From: a virus
Strand: one strand, 5' to 3'
Length of the DNA: 64,000 nucleotides
Virus record (IMG/VR): IMGVR_UViG_3300009506_000003
Span: 68,594 to 132,593 of that record
Part shown: positions 1 to 10,602 of the stretch, piece by piece
How the letters are laid out: each line of letters begins with the position of its first letter
Numbering within the stretch: position 1 is the first letter of the stretch
The notes under the pieces: generated by a model
Seen by the model: the letters and a program-made list of their open reading frames with translations, nothing else
Database searches by the model: none
What the model was told of the DNA's origin: nothing
Translations under genes and position numbers: made by a program

Positions 1-1
1 C

Positions 2-1165
2 TGCATCCCGCATGGCGTAATAGACCGCATTGAAGTCAAACCGTTCAGTACCTCCTCGAGCCGCTCGGACGGGTACGTCTCCGTCAGGCCCCAACCGGTC
101 GAGGGTGAGAAGAATCTTGTCCATCTCACCGATGGCGAGGTTGAGCGCCTTGAGCGCCTTGAGCAGCGCCTTCTTGGAGCCCTCTCCAACCGTGGTGTCG
201 ACCACGTTCACCGTCCCAGCCTTTTTGCGCTCGGGCTTCTGGGTGGTCCCGCCTGGGACGTACATGGCAGACGGGTTCGGGTAGATGTTGTGGAAGATGT
301 ACCTGTTGAGGTGGTTGAGGATGTCTCGGAAAGACACAAGCGTCCCAATGGAGGTCATGCCGTTCCGAATCCACTGGTTGAACGCCTTGCTGGCGTAGAG
401 CTTCGAAGAGGTCTTGTCCGCCTGGATCGCTCCAAGCTGCCCCAACAAGTTGTACCGGAGTTCAGCAATCGAGAAGAAGTCGTTGATGCCCTTGAAGCCC
501 TTGAAGTCTTTGCTCCGGTACTTGAGCCCTCCCACCGCCTCGAGCAGATGGATGAGCCCACCAAGCAACCCTTCCGTCTCTTGGTACTCGGGAGACCTTG
601 GGCGCGTGTTGATGAGTCGAGAGATGACCCACTGATGCCCACCAAAGTTGTCGAAGAGCCCCTGCCCTGCACCAACGAAGTTGTGGTGCTTGTCTGTGAG
701 CCCGCTTCCTCCAGCGGAGTAGTCGGCAAAGAACTGGTAGCAGGTGTCCCAGTACGACGACAGGTCCATGCACTGCAGAATCAGTTGCCGCCCGGTAGGG
801 GTCTTTCGGAAGTTGAACCCGATGACCTCCCCTGTGTAGAGCAACTTGTACGCGAAGTCGGACACCTCGTACCGGTTTAGGTCCTGCTCCTCAAAGACAG
901 GCATCTTCCGCACGGAGCCCAATCCGCTGTGCTGCTCCAAGGCCGTCTTGGCTTTGGCTACCTCGTCGTCTGTCAGTGCCTCATCCAAGTAGAACAGATG
1001 AACCAGGGTCCTCGGTAGCAAGTGCATACCCATGTCTGTAGGGATGATCTGAATCGCGGCTGTGGCAGGAGTATCTGGCTGCACCGTTACCGATGCAGAG
1101 ATGACGGGGACTTCAATGCCCTCCAGAAAGAGCCGAAGCCCGAGTGGCGCAACCTTGACGCTCAT
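2..1165 (-). CDS. Baseplate hub-like virion protein (partial, runs off window)
   Basis: Manually translated ORF absent from the track (MSVKVAPLGLRLFLEGIEVPVISASVTVQPDTPATAAIQIIP...). ATG overlaps the stop of the upstream gene (ATGA). Lies downstream of the tape-measure-like gene; function inferred from context. Confidence 0.55.
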   Translation of the reverse strand, partial: MSVKVAPLGLRLFLEGIEVPVISASVTVQPDTPATAAIQIIPTDMGMHLLPRTLVHLFYLDEALTDDEVAKAKTALEQHSGLGSVRKMPVFEEQDLNRYEVSDFAYKLLYTGEVIGFNFRKTPTGRQLILQCMDLSSYWDTCYQFFADYSAGGSGLTDKHHNFVGAGQGLFDNFGGHQWVISRLINTRPRSPEYQETEGLLGGLIHLLEAVGGLKYRSKDFKGFKGINDFFSIAELRYNLLGQLGAIQADKTSSKLYASKAFNQWIRNGMTSIGTLVSFRDILNHLNRYIFHNIYPNPSAMYVPGGTTQKPERKKAGTVNVVDTTVGEGSKKALLKALKALNLAIGEMDKILLTLDRLGPDGDVPVRAARGGTERFDFNAVYYAMRDA

Positions 1166-3252
1166 ACCACTGGGTCAATCGAAGCATCCTCGTCCTCTGT
1201 GGACGTGATCCCCGACGTGTCCTCTGACTGAGACTGGGCCAAATTGCTGACGTAGGTGTTGCTGCCGTAAGCTGCCTCGAGCAGTGCGGCACGTTCTTCA
1301 TCGCTGGGCTCGGTGTTCTCGATAGTACCCTCCTGACCGTAGACCTCTTCGATAGTGGAGGGGTCATCTCGACCCTCCCCGTACGACGCGCTGTCAGTGT
1401 TGCCGTAGACCTCGTCCAAAGAGTCCTTCACTTTGTCCGCGTTGGGCTCGGTACGGTCGACGTCATCAGGCAGGTCACCTTCTGCTGCCAGCGTCTCAGC
1501 ATCTTGAGCCTCTTGGCTGTTGATGAGGTTCGTGTAGTCGTTGCTCCCGTACGCCATTTCGTAGGCGTAGCTCTCACTCATGGGAACGCCGCCGAACAGC
1601 CGAGCCTTCTGGGACTCAGGGATGTACTCGTTGCTGTTGTAGACGTCACCAATCTTGGCTTTGCCCACCGACGTGACCCCTTGAGAGAACAAGTCGTGGA
1701 CATCCTGGCTAGCTACTCGATCTTTCCATCGAGCCCAGCTATCCAATGCGTTCTTCCCAACGTACTCGCTGATACCGGGGATGAACTGGCCTTGAGCAAA
1801 ACCCTCCCCGATGTATTTGATGTTCTGCGGCGTCAGACCGAGTGCAGACGACGCCACCCCCAAAGGATTCTCCACGAAGTTCCTGGCGGTCATGATCGCG
1901 CCGTACCCTGTACGCAGCGCCTGGACCACTCCAGCAATGTCTTGCAGAATCCCGCCGGCGGCAGCGATGACATTGAAGTTCGCCAACATGGCCTTGTCCG
2001 CGTCGGCCTTCTGCTTCTTCGCCTCGAGGCGGCCCTGCAGGGCTTGCCACTGATCTTCCGTCATCAGGTCCTTGAGGCTGGCGGGCTGACGGCGAGTTGG
2101 GTACTCGTCGTAGTTCTCGTAGATCATGCCTCGAGAGGTACCAGTCACCTCAGACACCCAGGAGGGAACGAACTTGACGGGCCCCAGAACACGGAGTTTG
2201 GTTCCGGGCACCGGAACGAGAACCCCGTTGACGTCCACCTTGATGGTGGATTGTCTCTGCCCTTCTGCATTGAGGGTAGTGAGAGCTGTAGTGGTGATCG
2301 AAGATGGAGCCAGCTCTGCAGTCGAGTTCGCAGCAATGGCTGCAGCGGCTCCAATAGGCATCCTCAAAGTACGCCCACCCATCAGCCGGTTGGCGATGTC
2401 GAGTTTGTCCCCCAGCCACACCTGAGCTGAGTTCCAGTAGGAGACACCCTTCCTCATCAAGCCGAGGACGCTGTTCTCTTTCGGGATCTGCTTGGAGGTT
2501 GCAGCATTCATGTTGGCTTCCCGAACTGCTACGCCTGTCGACGTGAAGGACTTCCTTCTCTTGTCGAGCTCGTCGTTCAAGATGTCCAATGACTGAGCTT
2601 CAACCCCAGGGAATCTCATCGCTCCCACGTTGGAGTACTCATGGTAGTTGGTCATGAGCATCGTCATCGTGAAAGGCACTGTGTACGGGTCGTCCGCCGT
2701 GTCGATAGCAGTAGCGTTGATCGGGTAGCCCTCAACAACGATGGTGTCGTACGCGATGTAGCACCGCGCGTTTCTCTCCACGAGCTTGCTACCACGAAGG
2801 TACCTCTCGTAGTTGAGCCAGAACTGGGCCCGCCAGTTGAAGTCCTCCGTGTTCATCAAGAGCCCTTGGAACGTGACGAACCGCGGCTTCTCCCCAAAGA
2901 AGTAGGCGAAGGACTCACCGAACGTGGGGATGACTTGCGTCTTCTCTTCTCGGCTCTCCTCCACTCTCTGAAGGATGAAGTCGGAGTATTCAGCCACCGC
3001 CCCTTGAGCGGTGATGTTCTTCTTCGGGTCGGATGTCTGGTCTACGGCCGAGCTCGACACGAGCGGGATCGAGAACCCATCGGGGGTCCTCACAGAAATG
3101 ACGGCGTACGTGTCCTTCTTGATTTGGATGCCACGGTAGGGACGACGGATGGCTGCCCACTCCGCTCCCCGACCCGTCTGGTTTGTGAGGGTAGAGGACC
3201 CGCTCTTACGGCTCCGAGCTTCGAAGTGGTCTGACTCAAGAAAGATGAACAT
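1162..3252 (-). CDS. Putative virion (tail/baseplate) protein, 696 aa, acidic C-terminus
   Basis: Long ORF coupled to its neighbours in the structural operon. Confidence 0.55.
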   Translation of the reverse strand: MFIFLESDHFEARSRKSGSSTLTNQTGRGAEWAAIRRPYRGIQIKKDTYAVISVRTPDGFSIPLVSSSAVDQTSDPKKNITAQGAVAEYSDFILQRVEESREEKTQVIPTFGESFAYFFGEKPRFVTFQGLLMNTEDFNWRAQFWLNYERYLRGSKLVERNARCYIAYDTIVVEGYPINATAIDTADDPYTVPFTMTMLMTNYHEYSNVGAMRFPGVEAQSLDILNDELDKRRKSFTSTGVAVREANMNAATSKQIPKENSVLGLMRKGVSYWNSAQVWLGDKLDIANRLMGGRTLRMPIGAAAAIAANSTAELAPSSITTTALTTLNAEGQRQSTIKVDVNGVLVPVPGTKLRVLGPVKFVPSWVSEVTGTSRGMIYENYDEYPTRRQPASLKDLMTEDQWQALQGRLEAKKQKADADKAMLANFNVIAAAGGILQDIAGVVQALRTGYGAIMTARNFVENPLGVASSALGLTPQNIKYIGEGFAQGQFIPGISEYVGKNALDSWARWKDRVASQDVHDLFSQGVTSVGKAKIGDVYNSNEYIPESQKARLFGGVPMSESYAYEMAYGSNDYTNLINSQEAQDAETLAAEGDLPDDVDRTEPNADKVKDSLDEVYGNTDSASYGEGRDDPSTIEEVYGQEGTIENTEPSDEERAALLEAAYGSNTYVSNLAQSQSEDTSGITSTEDEDASIDPVV

Positions 3253-3485
3253 CAGCCTTGCCCCGCCGTGAACCGCTCAGTGAGCAGGAACTCCAAGAAG
3301 AGTGGCTCCACCTCTGACCCGACATCCGTGCCTGTCATCAAACGGTAGATCTCACGATTGATCAGATGCAGGAAGACGTCGTCCACGTTGATGCGGTCGA
3401 TCAGCTTCATCGTGATCTTGCCGCGCTCGTTCGTGGTGATCGAGACTTCTTGCTCGAAACGTCCGCCTTCCTCTCCGTTTGCCAT
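3252..3485 (-). CDS. Hypothetical protein, 77 aa
   Basis: AAGGAGG RBS; coupled to the next gene. Confidence 0.7.
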   Translation of the reverse strand: MANGEEGGRFEQEVSITTNERGKITMKLIDRINVDDVFLHLINREIYRLMTGTDVGSEVEPLFLEFLLTERFTAGQG

Positions 3486-3494
3486 GAGTCCTCC

Positions 3495-6400
3495 TTACGT
3501 CTCCTGAGCCACCGGGTTGCTCTGTTTGACCTTCATCGCCTCGTCTTTGATTTTGTCTCCCAGGACAGAGCCTACCGCAAACACGAACCGCTCGTTGGCG
3601 GCGGCGTACTTGGTCAACATGTCCGTCAAGCTCTGGTTCTGAGACTTCCGGGCTCCGGGACCTTCACCCAACGCGGCGCCTGATACACCACGAAGCATGT
3701 CCTTGAGCTCTCCCACGTCTCTGCCCTTGATGCCTCCCTTCAGGAGCTCGTTCAACCTCTCCTGATCCACCCCAGTGAAGAGGTCCACTCCTCCTGCGCG
3801 CATCCGCTGGCGGAACTTGCGGACACCGGCCTCGTCCATCTCCCCCATCTGCTCGATGAGGCCGAGACGACCTGCCTGCCGACCTACCTCTCCCGCGCGG
3901 CCTTGCAGAAGGAGGTCGATCTCTTTCTGGCTCAAGTCTCCGCTTTTGGCCACTTCCCCCAAGAGCTGACGACCGCCTGTGAGGTCCTCTTTGGCAAACG
4001 CCTGACGAGCTCGCTCGAGCGTGGAGCGGAGGCCTTCGTCCTTGATCCCCTGAATGCCTGTGATTGGACCCTGCGACTTCGCAACGTCCCGCATCCGGGT
4101 CTTCTTTTCCTTCCACATCTGGGCCTGCTGAACAGCACTACTCGTGCCCAGCTCTTTCGCCAAGGCATCCTTGGTGTCCTGGCTGGAGCCCTGCAGAAGC
4201 TCCATGACCCTCTTTGCGTTCGTGTCCCCTCTGTTGGCAGCCTCGGTGAATCGATTCCCCTCTGCCGCCTTGCCACTGATGTAGTCGGAAATGTCCTGAG
4301 GGGAGAACTCCTCTGATGACAGGATGCCAGCCCATTCGTCTTCCGAAATCTGCTCGCCGGCAGCCATACCTCCAGCCACACCCAACCCGAGGCCTCCGAG
4401 GATGCCACCTACGATTCCGCCGGCGACGGTACCGAGCACAGGTACCACAGAGCCGATAACGGCCCCCATGGCTGCACCGGCGACCGCCCCGCCTATCGCC
4501 CCACCTGCTGTGGAGACCATGCCCTCGCTGATGTCTGCGAGCTTGCCAAGATTCTCCTCGTGGATCTTGTCCAGGTCGCCTTCGGTCATGACGCCAACCT
4601 CGCGCGCCATCCGGTCATAGTCGACGGCCAGGTCGCTCTGCTTGTACTTGAGCTCGCCCTGGGCGACGGCCAAGACGTCCAGCTTGCCCTCCATCGTGCC
4701 CTCACCTCCAGGAGTACCCTTGGTGAGCTCACGCATTGCCGCTCGAGCCTCGCTGTCGCCCTCCAGCATGCGAAGCACTTCTCTTCCGTACTCCCGAGGG
4801 CTGGCGTCTTTAGCATTCTGCAAGCGGTCTCGAGAGTCCTTGCTGTTGAACATTTCCCTGACCCGGCGTTTGACCGTGTCCATCGCTTGGCGCTTCTTTT
4901 GAGTCTCCCCACCCAGCAGGCCGCCCATCGTGGCGTCCATGCTGCGCATCATAGTGCGACGAGAGATTCGACGAACATCCTCCGACTTGGCGCTCCTGCC
5001 TCCCCCCAGGTTGACCTCAGACGCTCCCGCCGGGCCAGCCTGTGTCTCCAACCCGGCCTCAACCAAAGACCGAGCTCGAGGCGTCATCATGGAGAGCTCG
5101 TAGCCGCTCATGCCCATCGCTCCCCCGCCCATCCAAGCCAAGGGGTCTATTCCCACGGCGCCCATCGTTGCGCCGGCGAGCCCGCCAAGAGCAGTACCCC
5201 ACGGCCCAATCATGGAGCCGGCAGCGGCACCCATCGCGCCGTATCCTGCTACGCGGCCGAGGAAACCGGCACCTTGCTCTCTCATCTGCATCGTCATGTT
5301 GCCGAGGATGCCCGGGTCTACAAAGCCCTGTCCCACGTTTGCAGCACCCAACATCTGAGGGGTGATCTCTCTGTCCATGGCACCAGCAGCAGCCATGTGC
5401 ATCTGCTGACGCATGCTGAGCTTTGGCAGTCGACGGGTACGTCCTGTCATCCACCTTCCGACCTTGTCCATTGTGGACCCGATCTCCGTGGCGAGGTTCT
5501 CCCCAAGCTCCTGCAAGGGACGCTCTACTGCTTCCTCCCACACGCTGCCAACCGCATCCTTGAATCCCGCCCAGCTCTGGTTCCTTCGCTGCTCGATGTT
5601 CCTGAAACTGTCCTCGAGCGCAGCCTCCATGCGGCGCTCGTTGTCGGCGGTGATGCGAGGCATCTCCTGAATCATCTTCTGGATGACGTCCGCTTGGCGC
5701 TGGTTCGCTCCAGTCAGGAGCTGAATGAACCTGTTCTGAATGGGCTCCGACGCAGCACCGTACCCCGCACGGTTCATGGCCTGTTGGATGCCCATCGACA
5801 TAGCCTCGACGCCACCCTGCGCGGCCATGCTCTGACCCATCTGGTCTGCACGATTGAAGAACGACACGGCCAAGGACTTGTTGCTGACTCGTTTTCGCCC
5901 CTGCGCCTGAAGCTGACCGATGGTTACCTCCCCCCTTTGGAACTTCGCAAGGAGCTCCGGGTCCATCCGTCCTGTGAATTGGCCTCCCTCGATCTCTCCT
6001 AAACCAGCCATCATGAGCCGGCCCATAGCGGTCTGACCCATTCCGGACATGACCTGCTGCAAGGAACCAGCAACCATCTGACGACCTTCAGCGCCGGTGA
6101 CACCTCCAGTGAAGTTTCGAATGTCTTCTCGACTCAAGACGCCTGTGTGAACAGCACCAGACACCTGAGTGAATAGCTCTCTGCCCAAGCGTGCCCCAGC
6201 TCGGAGCGTGCCTCCCATCGCGTGGGACATCTGCGCTCCGGTCTGCATCGCACCCATCAGGGCTGCTCCGCCTCCGGGCCCCGCAGCTTTTCCTGCTACC
6301 GCAGTACCCATGACGTCGGCCGCTGACCACAGCCCCATCTTGTTCAGGTTCTGGACGAGGGGCATCGCCTCGTCGAGGGTAGTACCAAGGATCTGAGCCA

Positions 6401-7232
6401 CGGCCTTGGTCTTCCCAACGATGTCTCTGAATCGTCGTTTGAACTGATTGACGTCACCGACACCCTCGAGCATTCCAGATTGACCAGCTCGGTCCATTAG
6501 GCGGCGCATGTCCTGCATGCTGGTCATCACGTCCTCACCTGCCATCTCGTGCAAGAATGACGTGACGTTCTTGATCATTCCTCTGCCAGGCCCGCCACCC
6601 ATTCCTGCGCCACCTTGTCCCCATTGAGGCTCGAAGTACTGCGTCGCCATGCGACCAACGTCTTTGACGTTCTGCGCACCTTGAAAGATGTTCGTCCCAA
6701 CAGTCTCGATAGCCTTGCCAGCGATGTAGTAGGGGATCGCAGCAGCGGCAGCGCCAGCCAAACCTCCAGCAAGTACACCCGCCCCCGCTCGCAGTCCTCC
6801 GGAAGCGAACGCGCGCCCAACGTTGCCGAAGCCGTGCATGAGGCCCATGCCAGACTCTCCGGCCATTACGCCCATGCGGCCTATTCCAGTGGCGGACGAT
6901 ACACCTGTACCAGCTCCGAACGCTCTACTGATCCCCGTGAATGGATCCAACAGACCGAGCGGGTTCCGGTACCCGAGCAGACCTGCCGCCATGGTGCCGC
7001 CGGCGGCGATACCTGGAAGAGCCATGCCGAGCCCGCCAGTGATGCGAGCTCCCATGTTGGGATCAAATGGCTCAGACACTCGGTAGGACGGAGAGGGGTA
7101 CGGGTTCTGCATCTGAGGGGCAGGAGCCATAGCGTAGCCGCCTCCCACTGCCTGGGAGAACGCATGCTGATTGGCGAACATCACTTGCTGTCCACCAACC
7201 AGACCTGACACCTGCTCGCTCGTAAACGGCAT
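3495..7232 (-). CDS. Tape measure-like protein (~1245 aa)
   Basis: Very long, Gly/Ala/Met-rich helical ORF with glycine-zipper hydrophobic segments; GGAGG RBS; next to tail-like genes. Confidence 0.65.
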   Translation of the reverse strand: MPFTSEQVSGLVGGQQVMFANQHAFSQAVGGGYAMAPAPQMQNPYPSPSYRVSEPFDPNMGARITGGLGMALPGIAAGGTMAAGLLGYRNPLGLLDPFTGISRAFGAGTGVSSATGIGRMGVMAGESGMGLMHGFGNVGRAFASGGLRAGAGVLAGGLAGAAAAAIPYYIAGKAIETVGTNIFQGAQNVKDVGRMATQYFEPQWGQGGAGMGGGPGRGMIKNVTSFLHEMAGEDVMTSMQDMRRLMDRAGQSGMLEGVGDVNQFKRRFRDIVGKTKAVAQILGTTLDEAMPLVQNLNKMGLWSAADVMGTAVAGKAAGPGGGAALMGAMQTGAQMSHAMGGTLRAGARLGRELFTQVSGAVHTGVLSREDIRNFTGGVTGAEGRQMVAGSLQQVMSGMGQTAMGRLMMAGLGEIEGGQFTGRMDPELLAKFQRGEVTIGQLQAQGRKRVSNKSLAVSFFNRADQMGQSMAAQGGVEAMSMGIQQAMNRAGYGAASEPIQNRFIQLLTGANQRQADVIQKMIQEMPRITADNERRMEAALEDSFRNIEQRRNQSWAGFKDAVGSVWEEAVERPLQELGENLATEIGSTMDKVGRWMTGRTRRLPKLSMRQQMHMAAAGAMDREITPQMLGAANVGQGFVDPGILGNMTMQMREQGAGFLGRVAGYGAMGAAAGSMIGPWGTALGGLAGATMGAVGIDPLAWMGGGAMGMSGYELSMMTPRARSLVEAGLETQAGPAGASEVNLGGGRSAKSEDVRRISRRTMMRSMDATMGGLLGGETQKKRQAMDTVKRRVREMFNSKDSRDRLQNAKDASPREYGREVLRMLEGDSEARAAMRELTKGTPGGEGTMEGKLDVLAVAQGELKYKQSDLAVDYDRMAREVGVMTEGDLDKIHEENLGKLADISEGMVSTAGGAIGGAVAGAAMGAVIGSVVPVLGTVAGGIVGGILGGLGLGVAGGMAAGEQISEDEWAGILSSEEFSPQDISDYISGKAAEGNRFTEAANRGDTNAKRVMELLQGSSQDTKDALAKELGTSSAVQQAQMWKEKKTRMRDVAKSQGPITGIQGIKDEGLRSTLERARQAFAKEDLTGGRQLLGEVAKSGDLSQKEIDLLLQGRAGEVGRQAGRLGLIEQMGEMDEAGVRKFRQRMRAGGVDLFTGVDQERLNELLKGGIKGRDVGELKDMLRGVSGAALGEGPGARKSQNQSLTDMLTKYAAANERFVFAVGSVLGDKIKDEAMKVKQSNPVAQET

Positions 7233-7443
7233 CAAACCTCCGACTTCGTTCCGTACCTCCTCTAGTACACCGAAATCTTTCTACAGACTACGATATAAGA
7301 GTCCTGCTGGTAAACCGTGGATGAGAGACGCGGGTCCGGTCAGTGCCACAAACACAACCAACAAGACACGCCCGAACCACGCAGAGTCCACCGCGGGCTC
7401 GGCGCCCAATGTGAAGGGGCCCCGGGAGCTGGGCATCCAGTTT

Positions 7444-7737
7444 TTACTTACCCCCGAGGAATCTCTTTTTCTCGGGCTGCTTCGGAGGGTCAATGGGGGT
7501 CACGTTGCCTTCAGGTGGAGCCACTTGATCGTCTGCTTTCTTGGCGATCCGTTCGTAGTACCCACGCACCGCGCTTCGACAGCGCTTGCAGAGGTCTTCG
7601 AACGAACAGAGCTCTCCATGGAAATTGACAGTCACCTCGAACTTCATCTCACCCTTGCGGGCAACTTCTCCGGAGTGCTGAGTTTCGACCCGACCGCAAC
7701 GGTCACAGGTCACTTCGACAACATCTCGTCGTGCCAT
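7444..7737 (-). CDS. Zn-binding protein resembling the Lsr2 dimerization domain
   Basis: MARRDVVEVTCDRCG...FEDLCKRC; two CxxC; GAGGGG RBS; Lsr2 resemblance judged by eye. Confidence 0.5.
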   Translation of the reverse strand: MARRDVVEVTCDRCGRVETQHSGEVARKGEMKFEVTVNFHGELCSFEDLCKRCRSAVRGYYERIAKKADDQVAPPEGNVTPIDPPKQPEKKRFLGGK

Positions 7738-7738
7738 C

Positions 7739-8002
7739 TTACCCCTCCTCAGGAAGGTGATTGGTCGGAGTCTTCTCATCAACGTGCCCACGCAGCTTCT
7801 GGTAGAGGTACCCCTCTACCGCAAACCGCTCTATCTTGACGAGCCCGTCTGAGTAGTCCGGGTGTCCTCTGAGACCTTCCTCGAAACGAGAGACCTCTTT
7901 TTGACATAAGGCTCGTAGAGGATCCGCGTTCCCCTTTCGGGCCTCTTGCAAGGCCGAGTTCATTTCGTCTTCTGACCAAGGCAGTGTGATCTCGATTTGC
8001 AT
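7739..8002 (-). CDS. Hypothetical protein
   Basis: ORF track; packed against the next gene. Confidence 0.6.
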   Translation of the reverse strand: MQIEITLPWSEDEMNSALQEARKGNADPLRALCQKEVSRFEEGLRGHPDYSDGLVKIERFAVEGYLYQKLRGHVDEKTPTNHLPEEG

Positions 8003-8038
8003 GGACTCAACCTACATATTTTCTATGGGGTCATCAAT

Positions 8039-8302
8039 ATGGCGCAAGAGAAAAGAAGAGCCAAGCCGAAAAAGCCTGGTCGAAGCAGGATCCCCGAGTA
8101 CCTCGTCCACTGTGGCGACGCTTGGAACCTCTTCGCGTACGGAGGAAAGTGGAAGGTCACCCACCTGACGAACAAGCTCAACGAGCTGCTCGCCAGAATC
8201 GACTTCTTGCCGGGGCTAGTGCTCCGGGATGAAGAAGGCAAGTTGCTGAAACCTGTCCTTCAGGTACACCTCGTGCCTGTGGACACACCGGAGGAAAGAT
8301 GA
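8039..8302 (+). CDS. Hypothetical protein
   Basis: First ORF of a plus-strand operon; ATGA overlap with the next gene. Confidence 0.6.
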   Translation: MAQEKRRAKPKKPGRSRIPEYLVHCGDAWNLFAYGGKWKVTHLTNKLNELLARIDFLPGLVLRDEEGKLLKPVLQVHLVPVDTPEER

Positions 8303-8640
8303 GCGTACCAAAAACTGGACCTGGCTCAGTCATAGAACCATTGGTTCTAAACGGGCCCATGATGAAGTGCCCGAAGTGTGAAGGAACCACCAACCTGTGG
8401 AGGAACGAGACAGTCCCCCGCATGATTGGTATCAAGCCCCTGCCCGAAGGTGGATTCGATTGGGACAACGAAGCCCGAGACGAGTTCATCGACGAGGCCA
8501 GCGTGAAGAGCTCAGAGGAGCCTGAGTTCTTCTGCCGCGATTGTGATGTCTACTTTGAGGCTCCAGAGATCGCTGAAATGGACGGCAATGCCGACCGGAA
8601 AGGACACGACGGACATGCGCAGGTTCATCAAGGAGCCTAA
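8299..8640 (+). CDS. Zn-ribbon protein
   Basis: CPKC...CRDC; GGAGG RBS. Confidence 0.6.
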   Translation: MSVPKTGPGSVIEPLVLNGPMMKCPKCEGTTNLWRNETVPRMIGIKPLPEGGFDWDNEARDEFIDEASVKSSEEPEFFCRDCDVYFEAPEIAEMDGNADRKGHDGHAQVHQGA

Positions 8641-10027
8641 GGGCAAGGCCGCCCAAATCTGGGAGATCGTGGTGGCAAAGAACACGGTCTCCATCATGCA
8701 CGGCCAGCTCGGCGGGAAGATGCAGGACACCTTGCAGGAGTTCGAGGGGAAGAACCTCAGCAAGAAGAACGAGAAGAGCCCAGAGCAAGTGGCTCAGGAA
8801 TGGGCGGAGAACCAGATCAAGAAGAAGGTGAAGCAGGGCTACTTCGAGGTGAACATCAGTACGGGGAAGCCCATCGGAGACAAGGCCGCCGGTGACATCC
8901 TCACGTACGTCCAGCCGCCGACCAACTTCACCATCTACAAGCCGCAGCACAGTCTCTCGAAAGCGCTCGAAAAGGCGCTGAGGGGCGGGCAAGCACTCGT
9001 CGGGAGAAAGCGGGACGGGTACATGCACTACCTGGTCACGGATGAGCACGGCTACACGAGGCTGTTCTCATCGAAGTGGGAGCCGGCCCACAACCTGGAG
9101 ATGAAGGAGATGGTCCCTTGGATGGAACGGTACCCTCACATCGAGAGGGACGTTCAGAGACTCGGCTTGCCGCCGATGTCCATCGTCGTAGGGGAACTCT
9201 GCGCATCTCCAGAGTGCGGAAGAGACTCTTCTGGGTTCACCATAGACGACTTCGAGTACGTTGGAGGGGTCATCAAGTCCCTGACCCCCAGGGCACTCGA
9301 CATGCAGCAAGAGCAAGGCCGACTCGAGTTCTGCATTTGGGACATCGCCATCTGGGGAGGGGAGCCCTACGCGAAAGAGATGACCGTCGGCGCTCGGTAT
9401 GACCACATCTACCACCTGATTGGTAGGACTGGGGTGGAGTTCATCACCATGCCTGAGCTGATCGAGCTCTACAACGACGGGTTCAAGGTCACGTCCCACC
9501 GTGCCGGCGAGCTCGAGCTCGAGTACGACCATGAGGATGTGGTCCATGACTTGCTCGAGTATGCAAAGAATCTCGGGTGGGAAGGTTACGTAGTGGTCAA
9601 TCCCCACGAGAAGTACGGGGACAAGGCGTTCAACTTCCGAGGCAAGAACGACCGTCCGGTCTGTTGCGGGAAGCTGAAGCCCGACTACGAGGCTGACTTC
9701 GTGGTCATGTGGGATCCCGACAACAAGATCGGGGAGTGGGGCACCGGAAAGAACAAGAAGGGCGTCGGGTCTGTCCAGGCGTACCTCTACGACGACAATC
9801 TCTGCGAGCTCGTCCCGGTCAGCAAGGTTGGTGGGGGCATCACCGACGAGCAGTGCAAGAAGTTCGCGGATCCAAAGCTGTACCCCATGGTGTGGCAGGT
9901 CGTGTTCAAAGGATGGACCGCCAAGGGTTCTCTCCGTCATCCGTCCTTGTTCCGAGTGCGAGATGACAAGAAGCCAGAAGAATGCAGCATTGCCCAGAAC
10001 CCAAGATGGAGAGGAGCCGAGCAATGA
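8615..10027 (+). CDS. ATP-dependent DNA ligase with WGR-like N-terminal domain
   Basis: KRDG adenylation motif, GEL, WD, EGYVV, KLKP, KVGGG and LRHP..FRVRDDK OB-fold motif; start uncertain (8588 or 8615). Confidence 0.9.
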   Translation: MRRFIKEPKGKAAQIWEIVVAKNTVSIMHGQLGGKMQDTLQEFEGKNLSKKNEKSPEQVAQEWAENQIKKKVKQGYFEVNISTGKPIGDKAAGDILTYVQPPTNFTIYKPQHSLSKALEKALRGGQALVGRKRDGYMHYLVTDEHGYTRLFSSKWEPAHNLEMKEMVPWMERYPHIERDVQRLGLPPMSIVVGELCASPECGRDSSGFTIDDFEYVGGVIKSLTPRALDMQQEQGRLEFCIWDIAIWGGEPYAKEMTVGARYDHIYHLIGRTGVEFITMPELIELYNDGFKVTSHRAGELELEYDHEDVVHDLLEYAKNLGWEGYVVVNPHEKYGDKAFNFRGKNDRPVCCGKLKPDYEADFVVMWDPDNKIGEWGTGKNKKGVGSVQAYLYDDNLCELVPVSKVGGGITDEQCKKFADPKLYPMVWQVVFKGWTAKGSLRHPSLFRVRDDKKPEECSIAQNPRWRGAEQ

Positions 10028-10293
10028 AGCAGAGACGATTCATTCTCTGGGACTGCAAGGACAACTACCGACCGATGACTGATGAGGAAGGGAACCAAAT
10101 CATCAGCGATGGGGTTCTCGGGAGGTTGTCCTTGGACAATGTCTACCTGACCACCTACGCCCGCTACCCAGGTGAGCTCCGGCCGGCTGACCTCGAGGTC
10201 GGGGAGTGCATCAAGGCTGTAGGGTTTCACCTGAGCGGGGAGCATGGGGTCTACGACATCTACCGCGTCGAGGACGCATCGGAGGCCCCATGA
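10024..10293 (+). CDS. Hypothetical protein
   Basis: ATGA overlap with the ligase stop. Confidence 0.65.
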   Translation: MKQRRFILWDCKDNYRPMTDEEGNQIISDGVLGRLSLDNVYLTTYARYPGELRPADLEVGECIKAVGFHLSGEHGVYDIYRVEDASEAP

Positions 10294-10335
10294 GCTACTG
10301 CATGCCGATGGGGCGCGGATGTCCGTGTCCAGAGT

Positions 10336-10602
10336 GTGAAGAGAGGGAGTCTGATGATTGACTACATCACTGAGTTCAAGATGAACCAGTCACGAGGACA
10401 CCAACTGAAGTACCGGGACATCAACGACCCAGACTTCTCGAAAGAGTGGGGGCGTCCTGAAGCCATCATCCCCGACAAGGAAGTGACTTTGGAGCTCCAC
10501 CTTCACCTCATCTACGACGCGGAGCACTCCCACTTGGTGAGGGACCTCACGGTGGCAGTGAGCAAAATCAACCAGGCTATCGCCCAGGAGAGAGGACAAT
10601 GA
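10336..10602 (+). CDS. Hypothetical protein
   Basis: ORF track; start may be the internal ATG after GGGAG. Confidence 0.6.
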   Translation: MKRGSLMIDYITEFKMNQSRGHQLKYRDINDPDFSKEWGRPEAIIPDKEVTLELHLHLIYDAEHSHLVRDLTVAVSKINQAIAQERGQ

